Assembly (NCBI GenBank): GCA_963773065.1 | Contig: CAVYZN010000017.1 | Span: forward strand, 64,001 to 128,000 | Direction: 5' to 3' | DNA from: an uncultured Gammaproteobacteria bacterium | GTDB lineage: Bacteria; Pseudomonadota; Gammaproteobacteria; UBA9214 | DNA length: 64,000 bases | Shown: in pieces, positions 44,849 to 55,123 of the stretch | Layout of the letters: each line of letters opens with the position of its first letter | Position numbering within the stretch: the first letter of the stretch is position 1 | The notes under the pieces: generated by a model | What the model saw: the letters and a program-made list of their open reading frames with translations, nothing else | Databases searched by the model: none | Told to the model about the DNA's origin: nothing | Made by a program: the position numbers and the translations under genes

Positions 44849-45484
44849 TTAATTCGCGGGTTCAACCGCAATCGCCATGGATTCCGTACTTACCACCTCC
44901 ACGACATCACCTGCCTTCAATTCCTTGAGGTAATGCTCCAGGTGTGAGTCCTTCACCGATACGGTCCGATACCCCTTGTCGGGAGCGCGGAATGAGATGG
45001 TTTTCTTGTAAGGATCAACCTCGACAATTTCAACGGTTGTCGTGACCACCCGTTCGGCTTTCCCGGCCGGCTTCGCTCCGAGGGGAGCGGTCCTGCTCAT
45101 CCCCCCAGTAACTGTTGTCCCCAGATCGGGTTGCTCCTTACCGGGCTTGTGGATATTAAGCGCCGTGCCTTCATAGTATTTGATGTTGACCTTGTCGCCG
45201 ACTTTCACCTGGGGTAGGTTTTTCACCTCCTCACCTGCCCTGATGGTCACCAGCCGACCTTCGGGACCCTTGATGGTGACCAGTCGATTGGTCATGTCCA
45301 CCGCCTCTACCGTAGCCGTTGCCTCGATCAGCATGCCCGTGTCGATCTGTTCCGGCGTCGGGTAGAGATGTGTTGTATCCGGCGGCATTTTTTGCATTTC
45401 TGCCTCTAGTCCGGCAGCGAGCACTGCAGCCGGCAGTGATAGTGCCAGTACGGCAGAGAGAATCAGGTTTGTTGATTTTTCCAT
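44849..45484 (-). CDS. Exported hypothetical protein with two OB-fold-like repeats
   Basis: Signal peptide; repeated V..VD...R.V/I..K/R.P.G ... L..(V/L)K.GD.V. Confidence 0.7.
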   Translation of the reverse strand: MEKSTNLILSAVLALSLPAAVLAAGLEAEMQKMPPDTTHLYPTPEQIDTGMLIEATATVEAVDMTNRLVTIKGPEGRLVTIRAGEEVKNLPQVKVGDKVNIKYYEGTALNIHKPGKEQPDLGTTVTGGMSRTAPLGAKPAGKAERVVTTTVEIVEVDPYKKTISFRAPDKGYRTVSVKDSHLEHYLKELKAGDVVEVVSTESMAIAVEPAN

Positions 45485-45580
45485 CTTGAAATCTCCTCGT
45501 TGTTTAAACAATGTAAAAATAAAGATACCTAACGCTGAATTCTGTCCTTGCCTTCAGTATCTTTAACGCCATGTTACCGG

Positions 45581-45713
45581 TGTTGTTTTGCAGCGAATGT
45601 TGACCCGGGATTTCCATTGAACTTTGACCCATCCTGTTGAGCCGAGTATGTCTCAGCACACGGTCATTTTTCCAGGTTTCCCTCCTTTTCGATACTGGCG
45701 GTGCTGTTCTTGA
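45581..45713 (-). mobile_element. IS21-family terminal remnant (copy 1)
   Basis: TGTTGTTTTGCAG.GAA..TGACCC...AACTTTGACCC end with internal repeats; homologous to 54164. Confidence 0.65.
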
Positions 45714-45860
45714 TCAAGCCACGTCCGCATTCTTGTTGATCTGTCGCAGTGTCTCGATGATCTTCCTGCTCTCCTGCTCGCCGAGCACGCCCTGATCGTT
45801 GATGTTGGCGAAGGGTGTGTCGAACATCGCCTTGGGTTCCATGACACCGTTCTGCCTGAA
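45714..45860 (-). pseudogene. hsdR: C-terminal remnant of a type I restriction subunit R
   Basis: QNGVMEPKAMFDTPFANINDQGVLGEQESRKIIETLRQINKNADVA* resembles the EcoEI-R C-terminal tail. Confidence 0.55.
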
Positions 45861-46374
45861 ATTTCAACAGTCCCGAAATAACCGATAGTTAGATTGCTTC
45901 GAGGCGATCCGTCGGATAACGGGAACAGGGCCGTGGGGTCGCGAACCCCTCCCTTCGTCGTCCGGTACCCGATGGCGGGCGGATGGCTGCTTCAGTCCCC
46001 CGCCAAGTGTGCCGGTCACATCGACGGATTACGTTTTTAAGATACTGTCCTGAAAGTAATAATCAATTATCTGCGCCATCGCGCAGATTCCCGGTCTGAC
46101 TCAACAGTCCTGCACCGTCAATCGTCAGGCGATGAAATCCAGTGGCGATTTTCTCATATCGCAATTTGTTTAACCCCTGCGAACACCCCGTCCGGGAACC
46201 CGCCTTGTTGCTTCTGAAGATGGCTGTTGAGCATTCGCTGCTGGTTCTGTGCGCCGGATCACACAAATATTTTTGACTCGTGCCGTTACCTATCTGGTGT
46301 GGTCCATCAGCACCGGTAACACGCCCTGATGCACCTGGTTACCAATCGGAAGGGACTCACTGAGGAACTGATTT

Positions 46375-47622
46375 ATGAAAGAAACCTTAATCAATTACCC
46401 GCTGACCATCCGGGTCACGCAACTCGGACTAATCAAACTGCTGCTGACACTCAGTCTTGCCACGGCGAGTCTACCGACCTTCAGCGCCAATAATCTTGCG
46501 CCGGTAATCAGCGGGATGCCGGCCACCTCGGTGGCGGCGGGCAGCAGCTATAATTTCCGGCCCACTGCCACGGACGCCAACGGGGATAGATTGAGATTCA
46601 GAATCGCCAACAAACCCGCTTGGGCGAACTTCAGCAGCAGGACCGGGCGGCTCAGCGGCACGCCCGGGTCGGGCAGTGCCGGGACCTACAGCAACATCGT
46701 GATTTCGGTGTCTGACTGGACGGCGCGCGCGCGCCTGCCGGCGTTCAGCATCCGGGTCAATTCCGCAACGACGACCACCAATCGCGTGCCGGTGATCAGC
46801 GGCACACCGGCGACTTCGGTGTTGGCTGGCAACGCCTACGCCTTCCAGCCGAGCGCCACGGACGCCGACGGGAATACGCTCAGTTTCGGCATCGGCAACA
46901 AGCCCGCCTGGGCGAGCTTCAACACGTCGACCGGACGCTTGAGCGGTACGCCCGCGACAGGCAACGTCGGGACCTTCAACAACATCGTGATTTCGGTGTC
47001 TGACGGGAAGTCAACCGCCAGCCTGCCGGCATTCAGCATCCAGGTCAATGCCACAACGACTACCACCACCAATCGTCCGCCGGTGATCAGCGGCACACCG
47101 GCGACTTCGGTGTTGGCCGGTAGTGCCTATGCTTTCCAGCCGAGCGCCACGGACGCCGACGGGAATGCGTTGACCTTCAGCATCAGCAATAAGCCCGCCT
47201 GGGCGACCTTCAGCACTGCGAACGGTCGCCTGAGCGGCACACCCGCGACAGGCAATGTCGGAACCTACGGCAACATCGTGATTTCGGCGACTGACGGGAA
47301 GTCAACTGCGAGCCTGCCGGCGTTCAGCATCCAGGTCAATGCCGCTTCGGCCCAGACCGGAACTGTCACCCTGAGCTGGACGGCGCCCACCAAGCGCGCT
47401 GACGGCACGCCGCTGTCCCTCGCAGATATCAACGGCTATCGGATCCATTACGGGAAATCGGCCGGTGACTATACCGGTCATGTCAACCTGGCTGATGGTA
47501 CCGCACAGCAAGTGACCCTGATCGATCTCCCCCTCGGCACTTATTACCTGGTCATGACGACCTACGATGTCGTTGGCCTTGAAAGCGGTTACTCGTCGGC
47601 GGTAACCAAGAACGTTCAATAA
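46375..47622 (+). CDS. Secreted protein with three putative Ig repeats and a C-terminal FN3-like domain
   Basis: Signal peptide; 3x P.ISG.PATSV.AG..Y.F.P.ATDA.G..L.F.I.NKPAWA.F...GRLSGTP; then TLSWTAPT...GYRIHYG. Confidence 0.88.
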   Translation: MKETLINYPLTIRVTQLGLIKLLLTLSLATASLPTFSANNLAPVISGMPATSVAAGSSYNFRPTATDANGDRLRFRIANKPAWANFSSRTGRLSGTPGSGSAGTYSNIVISVSDWTARARLPAFSIRVNSATTTTNRVPVISGTPATSVLAGNAYAFQPSATDADGNTLSFGIGNKPAWASFNTSTGRLSGTPATGNVGTFNNIVISVSDGKSTASLPAFSIQVNATTTTTTNRPPVISGTPATSVLAGSAYAFQPSATDADGNALTFSISNKPAWATFSTANGRLSGTPATGNVGTYGNIVISATDGKSTASLPAFSIQVNAASAQTGTVTLSWTAPTKRADGTPLSLADINGYRIHYGKSAGDYTGHVNLADGTAQQVTLIDLPLGTYYLVMTTYDVVGLESGYSSAVTKNVQ

Positions 47623-47814
47623 GTATCAGGACAGCACCGCTGGACCGGAACCAGTGCATGTGGCGAGATGGTTTTCTGGGGAACAGATTATGTGCCAGAC
47701 AAGCTGGTCCATGACCGCAACACGTGGATAGGCGGACTGGAAAAACAGCAATGTGCATTGTTGTGTATTGAGCAGTAGAGAAAGCAGCGCGACACACCAG
47801 CAGTGACCTGACCT

Positions 47815-47961
47815 TCAATACAGCCAGTTCAGCCTTCCCCGCCGTTCGGCCTCTCGCCGCTCCTGCATGACCCGCTCCTGCTCGCGTCGCTCATAGGCCG
47901 CCAGCAGATATATAAACTCCTGCAACACCATCTCGCGGGGCATTCGCTTGATGGCTTCCAT
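47815..47961 (-). CDS. Possible small ORF (48 aa, charged helix)
   Basis: MEAIKRMPREMVLQEFIYLLAAYERREQERVMQERREAERRGRLNWLY*. Confidence 0.3.
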   Translation of the reverse strand: MEAIKRMPREMVLQEFIYLLAAYERREQERVMQERREAERRGRLNWLY

Positions 47962-48017
47962 GCAATGAATCTGGCATGGCCCGTGGCGGGGTGTCCGTCA
48001 GATGTGTCTGCATGACC

Positions 48018-48141
48018 GTGTACATATTTGTACGAACAGGTAATCTGCCTTTTTCATGATCAACATCAACAGCCAGTCAGGTGGTGCGTGGTAAGGTTTT
48101 CCCCGATCAGCCAGTAACACAATCAGGCTGGAATAACTAAG
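48018..48141 (+). repeat. Duplicated non-coding leader, copy 1
   Basis: Colinear with 54412-54540. Confidence 0.75.
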
Positions 48142-48185
48142 TGCTCGCTTTAGAATTAATTCACATTAACTGTTGATACCTTATC

Positions 48186-48582
48186 TGTATCTACTACACA
48201 CCCGAACCTCGGGGCGCAACTACCGCTTCGACTACGAGGAAGCAGACCACATCGAACTGCTGACGCTGCTCAAGAGTCTGCCCTGCAACGTCATTCTCTC
48301 CGGCTACCCCTCAGCCCTGTACGACGAGCGGCTTTCGGGGAGTGGCGCCGCCTGGAACTGCAGGTCATGAACCAGGGCGGGGTGCGCACCGAAAAGCTCT
48401 GGTTCAACTTCACCCCCGACCGGGTGCACTGGGCCAGTTACGCGGGCAAGAACTTCACCGACCGGCAACGCGTCAAACGCAAGGCCGCGAACTGGGGGAA
48501 GCGCTACCAGGCGCTGCCCCGGGCGGAGCGGCTGGCGGTGCTGGCTGCCATGATGGCGGTTGAGGCCGCGCAGACGGCATAG
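48186..48582 (+). pseudogene. Truncated DNA adenine methyltransferase, probable IS66 passenger
   Basis: Begins just after where DPPY is expected (YLLHTRTS..Y..DY...DH..LL), ILSGYPS.LY, TEKLWFNF; frameshift near 48340. Confidence 0.65.
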
Positions 48583-48606
48583 CTCCGTCTGGGTGAGGCG
48601 CAGCTC

Positions 48607-50062
48607 ATGGCCAGCGTCAACAAGGCATCCCTCAGGGAAGAGTTCGATGCGCTAAAGGGAGAATTCGAGCGCCTGTGCGCCGCTGGCAAGCTGGCGGCGG
48701 AAAGCCGCGCCCTGTTCCAGGCCCTGCTGATGCTGTTCGAGGTGCTGATGGCGGTGTTCATGGAAAAGCACACCGCCAAAGACAGCCGCAACTCCAGCCT
48801 GCCTTCCTCGCAGACGGCAAAGGACGACACCGCGGCGATCCAGCCGGGCGCCAACGGCAAGGGCAAGGCGCAGAACGGCGTCCTGTCCGGCAACACGCGC
48901 ACGGTGGAGACCGTCCAGGTCGCCCCCGTCGACCAGTGCCGGAGCTGCGGCGAAGACTTGAGCGAGACGCCCTGCCAGGGACACGAACGGCGTACCCGCA
49001 TCGACATCCTCTTTGAAAAGGTGGTGAGCCACGTTGACGCCGAGATCAAGCAATGCCCCCACTGCCAGGCGCAGACCAAGGGTCAGTTCCCGGCGGACCT
49101 GTCCGGCCCGCTGCAATACGGTCCAGGGATCAGGGCGTACGTCCTGAACTTGCTGATCGCCCAGATGCTCTCGCTCAAGCGGGTGCAACAATCGATCAGG
49201 ACACTGATCGGTCTGGCGGTCTCGCAGGCGACGCTCCTCAAATACGTGATGCAGTTGCACCATGCCCTGGCGGCCTGGGAGCAAGCCGCCATGGAACAGA
49301 TCCTGGCCCTGCCCGCGATGCATGTGGACGAGACCTCGTTGCGGGTCAATAAAAGGAATCACTGGATCCATGTCTGCTCCTCAGGCGAGATCACGTTGAA
49401 GTTCCTGCACCCCAAGCGGGGGCGCGCGGCGATTGAGGCCATTGGCGTGATCCCCCGCTATGGCGGGGTGGTGATCCATGACTGCTGGGCCTCCTATCTC
49501 GCCTATGACCAGTGTGGCCATGGCCTGTGCGGTGCGCACCTGCTGCGGGAGTTGACCTTTATCGTGGATGCCAATGGTTACCCCTGGGCGGCGCATATGA
49601 AGCGCCTGCTGCAGCAGACCTGCTGCCTGGTCGCAAAGCGGAAAAGCAAGAAGCTGACTCAGGGCGAATACAAGAACCTGCAGAAACGCTATCGCACTAT
49701 CCTCACCCAGGGCGAGAAAGAACTCCCACCCATTCCCTCCAGACAGAACGGCAAGCGCGGCAGGATCGCCAAGTCAGACGCCCATAACCTGTGGGAACGC
49801 CTGAAGCAGCATGAGGCGGCCGTATTGCTCTTTGCCAAACTCTCGCCTGTGTCCTTCACCAATAACCGGGCCGAGCGTGACTTGAGGATGAGCAAGGTCA
49901 AGCAGAAGGTGTCGGGCTGTTTTAGAACAAGCCAGTACGCCGAGGCCTATTGCCGCATCTCCAGTTACTTACAGACCATGGCCAATCAGGGATACAATCC
50001 ACTGGTTGCGATCCAGTTGGCCTTCTCTGGGCAGCTTTATGCTGTAAGGGGTGCGTAGTTAC
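48607..50062 (+). mobile_element. IS66-family transposase (CDS 48607-50058) with right end GGGTGCGTAGTTAC
   Basis: NSSLPSS, zinc finger, HVDET, IHDCW..Y, CGAHLLREL, TNNRAERDLRMSKVKQKVSG. Confidence 0.92.
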
Positions 50063-50479
50063 CTTTTCTCAATCGGAACAATTAAATCGACGCGGCGCCG
50101 TGGCGACGGCTGATATTGGGGCGACTGACACCTCATTTACGGTCGATGCAACAGATAATGCAACGACAGGATTCCCGCAGACTGGCAACTTCCAAGCCAC
50201 TCTGACAAAGGACACCACTCATATTGAGGACGTTCTTGTTACGGTTGGCGGTCCTACCACGCTGAATGTTGTTGGCGGTGTTTCTGGAAGGGCACAGAAT
50301 GGCACAACTGCCGTCGATATCAGCGTGGCAAATAACATTGTTCAGATTGTTGAGTCAGATTTCCTTGGTAACGGCGGGACGGGCGCTTATTGGTCTCGCG
50401 TTTCTCTCAACTCAGGCAACAAGTATATCGGTATGCAGCCTGCTGTTGGCGCACTTGTACAATACTCCAAGCAGCTTGC

Positions 50480-51902
50480 GGGTGTGATTCAAACTGATGT
50501 GGAAATTTGATCATGCTGCTTGCTTCAAATCCTTCGCCCAATACGCATCCCACTGACGGTTCGCACGATTGAGTCGTAAGGCCAACATGTAGTCGGCATT
50601 TGCCGCACGCCACCAGGCGCCCGGGCGCTTTAATCGCTGTTGGACAATGTAGCGGTGGGCGCTTTCAATTTCTCCTGAACCAATCGGTAAGTCGTGGGCC
50701 AGCGCGCCTTGGTAATTGAGTTGTTCGCGCCGATGGCTCAGATACCGGTGGCACTGCCTCACGGGCGCATCGCTGTCCTGTACATCGGGTGCTTCAAGAT
50801 GCGGCTGTAGCGCTTGCAGGAGTTCGTCGGCTCGCTGTGTTTTGAGTCGGATTTTCTGCTCGTCCAGCCACGTTTTTTGCCCATCTGCCCGGGCTACGAT
50901 GGTCTTGGCGGCAGCACTCAGGTAGTCGCACACAGGGTAGAAATCAAGCAAGTAGCTGCCCTGTGCGCCAAATTGGTCTTCTACCTGATCGGCGATCCAT
51001 TGCGCCCCATCGCCCACGGCATGAATACGGGTGACAGCGCCAAATCCGGCCTGCCGGGCGCAGTCAAAGAGCTGCTGCCCCGCTGTGGCGACGTCGCCTT
51101 GCAGAGTGCCGCCATAGGCCAGCGTCTTGCTTCCCTGTGGGTGTGCCAGGCAGATTTTGGCCTCTTTCCATTGCAGCTTTTTACCCTTGCGTTGGTCTGG
51201 CTTGCTGACATCCGGCTCTACTATGGGCACCATCCCACCGTCCATTTCGACGATCACGACGGCGCTGCTGCCGGGCTGTGTGGGCCAAGCCAGGGGCATC
51301 CTGGCTGTCTCGAATATCTTTTGGGCGTGTCCCTCGGTAATGCGGCGAATAGTGCTCTCGCCTAGAACAATGCCATAGTGTTCAACCAGTTTGTCCATCA
51401 CTTGAGCGAAGGCCTGGTCAGCCCCAAAGTCGGTCACTGCGCGCTGCAGCGGGCGCGAACAGCCTCGGTGGCTGACGTTGGCGCTTTGCGCAAAGGCGCG
51501 CACCCGCTTGGTTCCGCAACGCAATTGCGGCTCCTCTGCGCTGATGTCACCAAAGGTGGTGTGCCAGCAGAGTTTTTTTACCCTCGCGTTGCACTTGTCC
51601 ACCCCGGCGAACGGCTTGTTCCGTTATCTCGATTTGCCTGTTCGCCCAGGCTTGCATGGCCTCTTGACCCATACGACGTAGCTCTTCGATCAGACACATC
51701 TCGGCGGCATCGGCTTCTCTCAAATCTCCGGCTGAGTCTTCTATGACAGCAAGCATCGACGCTATTCGGCTTTTGATTTGCGGGTTTGCATTGAGCCCCT
51801 TCATGATCGCTTCGTCGCTCGGCATCTGTTGCTCCGTCATGGCTTGCCCTTTCGCGTTGGATAAATTCGCCAGATTACGCCACATCAGTTTGAATCACAC
51901 CC
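50480..51902 (-). mobile_element. ISKra4/ISLre2-like IS (orfA 51547-51840, orfB 50511-51602)
   Basis: 23-bp TIR GGGTGTGATTCAAACTGATGTGG, 9-bp TSD GCAGCTTGC; EMDGGM, GDGAQWI, IGSGEIES motifs; A7 slippery run at the ORF overlap. Confidence 0.9.
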
Positions 51903-52357
51903 GCAGCTTGCCATGATGAGCTTTGTATTTGATGGCTCAGAATTTGAGTTTTTGTGTTTTGGCAGCATTGGGTTCCTTGTTATCGCTGATGGAGTAATCC
52001 AGCACGCTCCAAACGATTTTATAGAAAGTCCATATGCAGGAAGCTACTGGCATAAGTTTGATTTCGGCTCCCGCAAGACTAGAAACATTGTCATCGTATA
52101 CAGTGCCACAATAGCCGCTGTGGCATTTGCAGCAACAGATACTATGCTGCCTTGGGATCGTTCTTCCGACGTGACAATCTCTTGGGATGGTGATTCCTAC
52201 GGTCAAACGGAAGGCTATACATTAGGCAGCAGACCGAATGGCGGTGGTCTTGGATTGTTTCTCGAAACCATGTTGCGCTTCGGCATAACGAACGTCAACG
52301 TAGTTGCGAATATCGGTGGGACAGGGTATCTGTCAGAAGCACCACAGTCACCACCTA

Positions 52358-53525
52358 GTGTAGTGCGTCAATTAGAAGTGCTCTTATTCAATGCGGCGCG
52401 AGCGCGGGTGACCTTGGCGAGGATGTCGCTGGCCTTGGCGGTCCAGATGAACGGTTTTGGTTTGGCGTTGTGCGCTGTGATGTACTCATTGATAGCGGCC
52501 TCCAACTCGGCCACGCTGGTGAACACGCCGCGGCGGATGCGCTTGTCGGTGATGTCGCGGAAGAAACGCTCGACCCTGTTGAGCCAGGACGCGCTGGTGG
52601 GCGTGAAGTGCATATGAAAGCGCGGGTGCTTGGCCAGCCAAGCCTGGACCTCGGGGTGCTTGTGGGTGGCGTAGTTGTCCACGATCAGGTGCAGTTCCTT
52701 ATTCTTGGGCGTCTTGCGATCGATCATCTTCAGAAACCGCAGCCATTCCTGGTGCCGATGGAGTTGATCGGTCATCGACAGCACTTGGCCGGTGAGCATG
52801 TTCAGTGCCGCGAACAGCGTCGTCACGCCATTGCGTTTGTAGTCGTGCGTCATCGTCGTTCCCCGCCCGCGCTTGAGCGGCAGGCCGGGCTGCGTGCGGT
52901 CGAGCGCCTGAATCTGCGTCTTCTCATCGCAGCACAGCACCAGCGCGTGCTCGGGCGGATCGAGGTACAGACCGACGATGTCCTCGAGTTTCTCGATGAA
53001 GCGCGGGTCGTTGGAGAGCTTGAAGGACTCGACCCGATGCGGCTTGAGCCCATGGGCGCGCCAGATGCGGGCCACGGCAGACGCGCTGGTACCCAGGCGG
53101 GCGGCCAAGCTGCGCGTACTCCAGTGCGTCGCTCCTTCGGGCGTCTCCTCAAGCGTGATGCGCACCACCTGTTCCACGTTGGCGGCTTTGCGCGCCGTGC
53201 GCGGGCGCCCCGGGCGCGTGGCATCTTGCAACAGACCGTCCACGCCAGCGGTGAGAAAGCGTGCTCTCCAGCGCGCTGCAACGCGGCGGTCAGTGTCGAG
53301 CTTCTGGGCGATGTCCTTGTCCGACATTCCGTCGGCCGCCAGCAGCACGATGCGAGCGCGCAGCTGAACGCGTGCTTCGACGCGCTTGCGCTTGGAGAGA
53401 ATTCGCAGGCGTCGATCATCGTCGGCACTCAACTTGACTGGCTTGGCAACTCGCATGGCACTGTCCTCCTGTATAGTTGGAGGCCAGATCGCCATATAAG
53501 TTCCGTTATTTATGACGCACTACAC
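52358..53525 (-). mobile_element. IS630-family IS (transposase 52368-53456)
   Basis: TIR GTGTAGTGCGTCA, TA duplication in CTAG; DEKTQIQALDR, DNYATHKH, SWLNRVERFF. Confidence 0.93.
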
Positions 53526-54163
53526 TAGTTTCCCACATCCGAAATTCAATGCGCTCAATCGTATTGCCGCTACCACGTCCAGTTTAGAAACAACGATTTT
53601 CTTTGCAGGAAATGGTCACAACGACTGCAACCTTGGAAAACCTACGGACGTTGCTGCCAACATCCACGCGTACTTTGCTGCGATCAGAGCGGCATGGCCC
53701 AGCACGGTTATTGTCGCAGCGGAGTATTACCAGCAGGGCGCCGGATCAACTTCGCCGGCAGCTTTTCAGCCCTACGCCAATATGCTCGCGCAGGAACCGG
53801 CTATCCTCGCGGGACTTGAATCGGCGGGAGGACCTTGGGTTTATATCAATACAATGGAAGGTACGTGGCAGAACAGTAACGGCGCGAGCGGTGTTTTCAA
53901 TACGCTCGGAGTACCGCTGATCACTGGAACAGGATACGGAGGTGCGCCGGGATACGCAGGTGGTCACAGCACTGGTGTCGGTAACGCCGATCTGATGATC
54001 AGAGACGATGGCGTGCACCCTTCTAACATCGGTGCGCATTATCTAGGCGATGCGACGGCAACTGCTATCATTGCAGGTGTGCTGGCGCTCTAACGGTGTG
54101 GCACCAAGCTGTCGGGGGGCCTTGCGTATGGCAGAAAGTGGATCATGTCAGATGATGCGCCTG

Positions 54164-54345
54164 TGTTGTTTTGCAGTGAACGCTGACCCGGGTTCTGCAT
54201 TGAACTTTGACCCGTCTGGGTGAGCCTTTGGTCGTTTTTCCAGGTTCCCCTCTCCTTTTCGATTCTGGCGTTGCTGTTCTCGTTTCCGTTCTCGATGATG
54301 TTGCAATGAAGGGTCAGGCGATCGAGCAGCGTGGTGGTCCTGGCA
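54164..54345 (-). mobile_element. IS21-family remnant (copy 2) with istB C-terminus
   Basis: Same terminus as 45581; translates TTLLDRLTLHCNIIENGN. Confidence 0.7.
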
Positions 54346-54411
54346 CCTATAACACTCTGTAGTTGATCCACACCTACCGAGAAGCCACCGCAATTGCCTC
54401 CCATTCATCAA

Positions 54412-54540
54412 GTGTACGTATTTTTACGTATAGGTAATCTGCCACTTTCATGATCAGCATCAACAGCCAATCTGGCGGTATGCAGTATGGCCTCCCAAGG
54501 TCAGCCAGCAACAAGAATCAATCAGGCTGAGATAACTAAG
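54412..54540 (+). repeat. Duplicated non-coding leader, copy 2
   Basis: Colinear with 48018-48141; lies directly upstream of the RBS of the HAF gene. Confidence 0.75.
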
Positions 54541-54559
54541 AATTTACGGAGAGAACACC

Positions 54560-55123
54560 ATGAATAAACCACGCCTCATCAGCGCTTCCAGTGTCTGTGT
54601 GTTTGCGTTCGCTGTCACGTCTGCACATGCCGTTGTCTATACCATCACTGATCTCAGTACACTGATTGGTGGTTCCTCATCTGTCACCGGCATTAACAAC
54701 AGTGGATGGTTAAGGGACGAGCAATGGTCATGCCTTTATTATATCTATGACGGCACCACCATGCGTGACCTCGGCACACTGGGCGGTGCGTCCTCATTGG
54801 GCGCCGCCAGCAACAACAGAGGCTGGGTGACCGGGAATAGTGTTACTGCTGATGGTTACACGCATGCCTTTCTCAAAGACGGTAGCACCCTGCAGGATCT
54901 TGGTACTTTGGCCGGCATGGATCGTTCGAGTGGTAAAGACATCAACAACCGCGGCTGGGTGGTTGGATCTAGCTCTAACTACAGCTACCCACTTAACGTT
55001 ACTGCCTTTCTCTACGATGGTAACACCATGCTGGATTTGTGCGTATTGGCGGATTGTATAGTCAACGGCTGGGAGAGCCTCACCTCTGCATTCTTACTGC
55101 TGATCTCAGCCGCAGCAGCATAA
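54560..55123 (+). CDS. Secreted HAF-repeat protein, C-terminally truncated
   Basis: Signal peptide; repeats DLGTLGG..S.....N..G.V.G......HAFL. Confidence 0.75.
   Translation: MNKPRLISASSVCVFAFAVTSAHAVVYTITDLSTLIGGSSSVTGINNSGWLRDEQWSCLYYIYDGTTMRDLGTLGGASSLGAASNNRGWVTGNSVTADGYTHAFLKDGSTLQDLGTLAGMDRSSGKDINNRGWVVGSSSNYSYPLNVTAFLYDGNTMLDLCVLADCIVNGWESLTSAFLLLISAAAA

Larger units (their letters stand above)
50063..54093 (+). pseudogene. Phage-tail-like SGNH hydrolase gene in three pieces (50063-50479, 51912-52357, 53528-54093)
   Basis: Removing the two IS elements and one copy of each target duplication rejoins one frame; SGNH blocks GDSY, GGTGY, GHND, DGVHP. Confidence 0.8.

Noticed and set aside
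46020-46374. c-di-GMP riboswitch upstream of the Ig-repeat gene
   Set aside because: No GEMM-type consensus (GGCAAAC..GAAA..CGCAAAGC) found by eye.
46495-47345. Long direct repeats as a possible CRISPR or non-coding array
   Set aside because: They are in-frame coding repeats of Ig-like domains.
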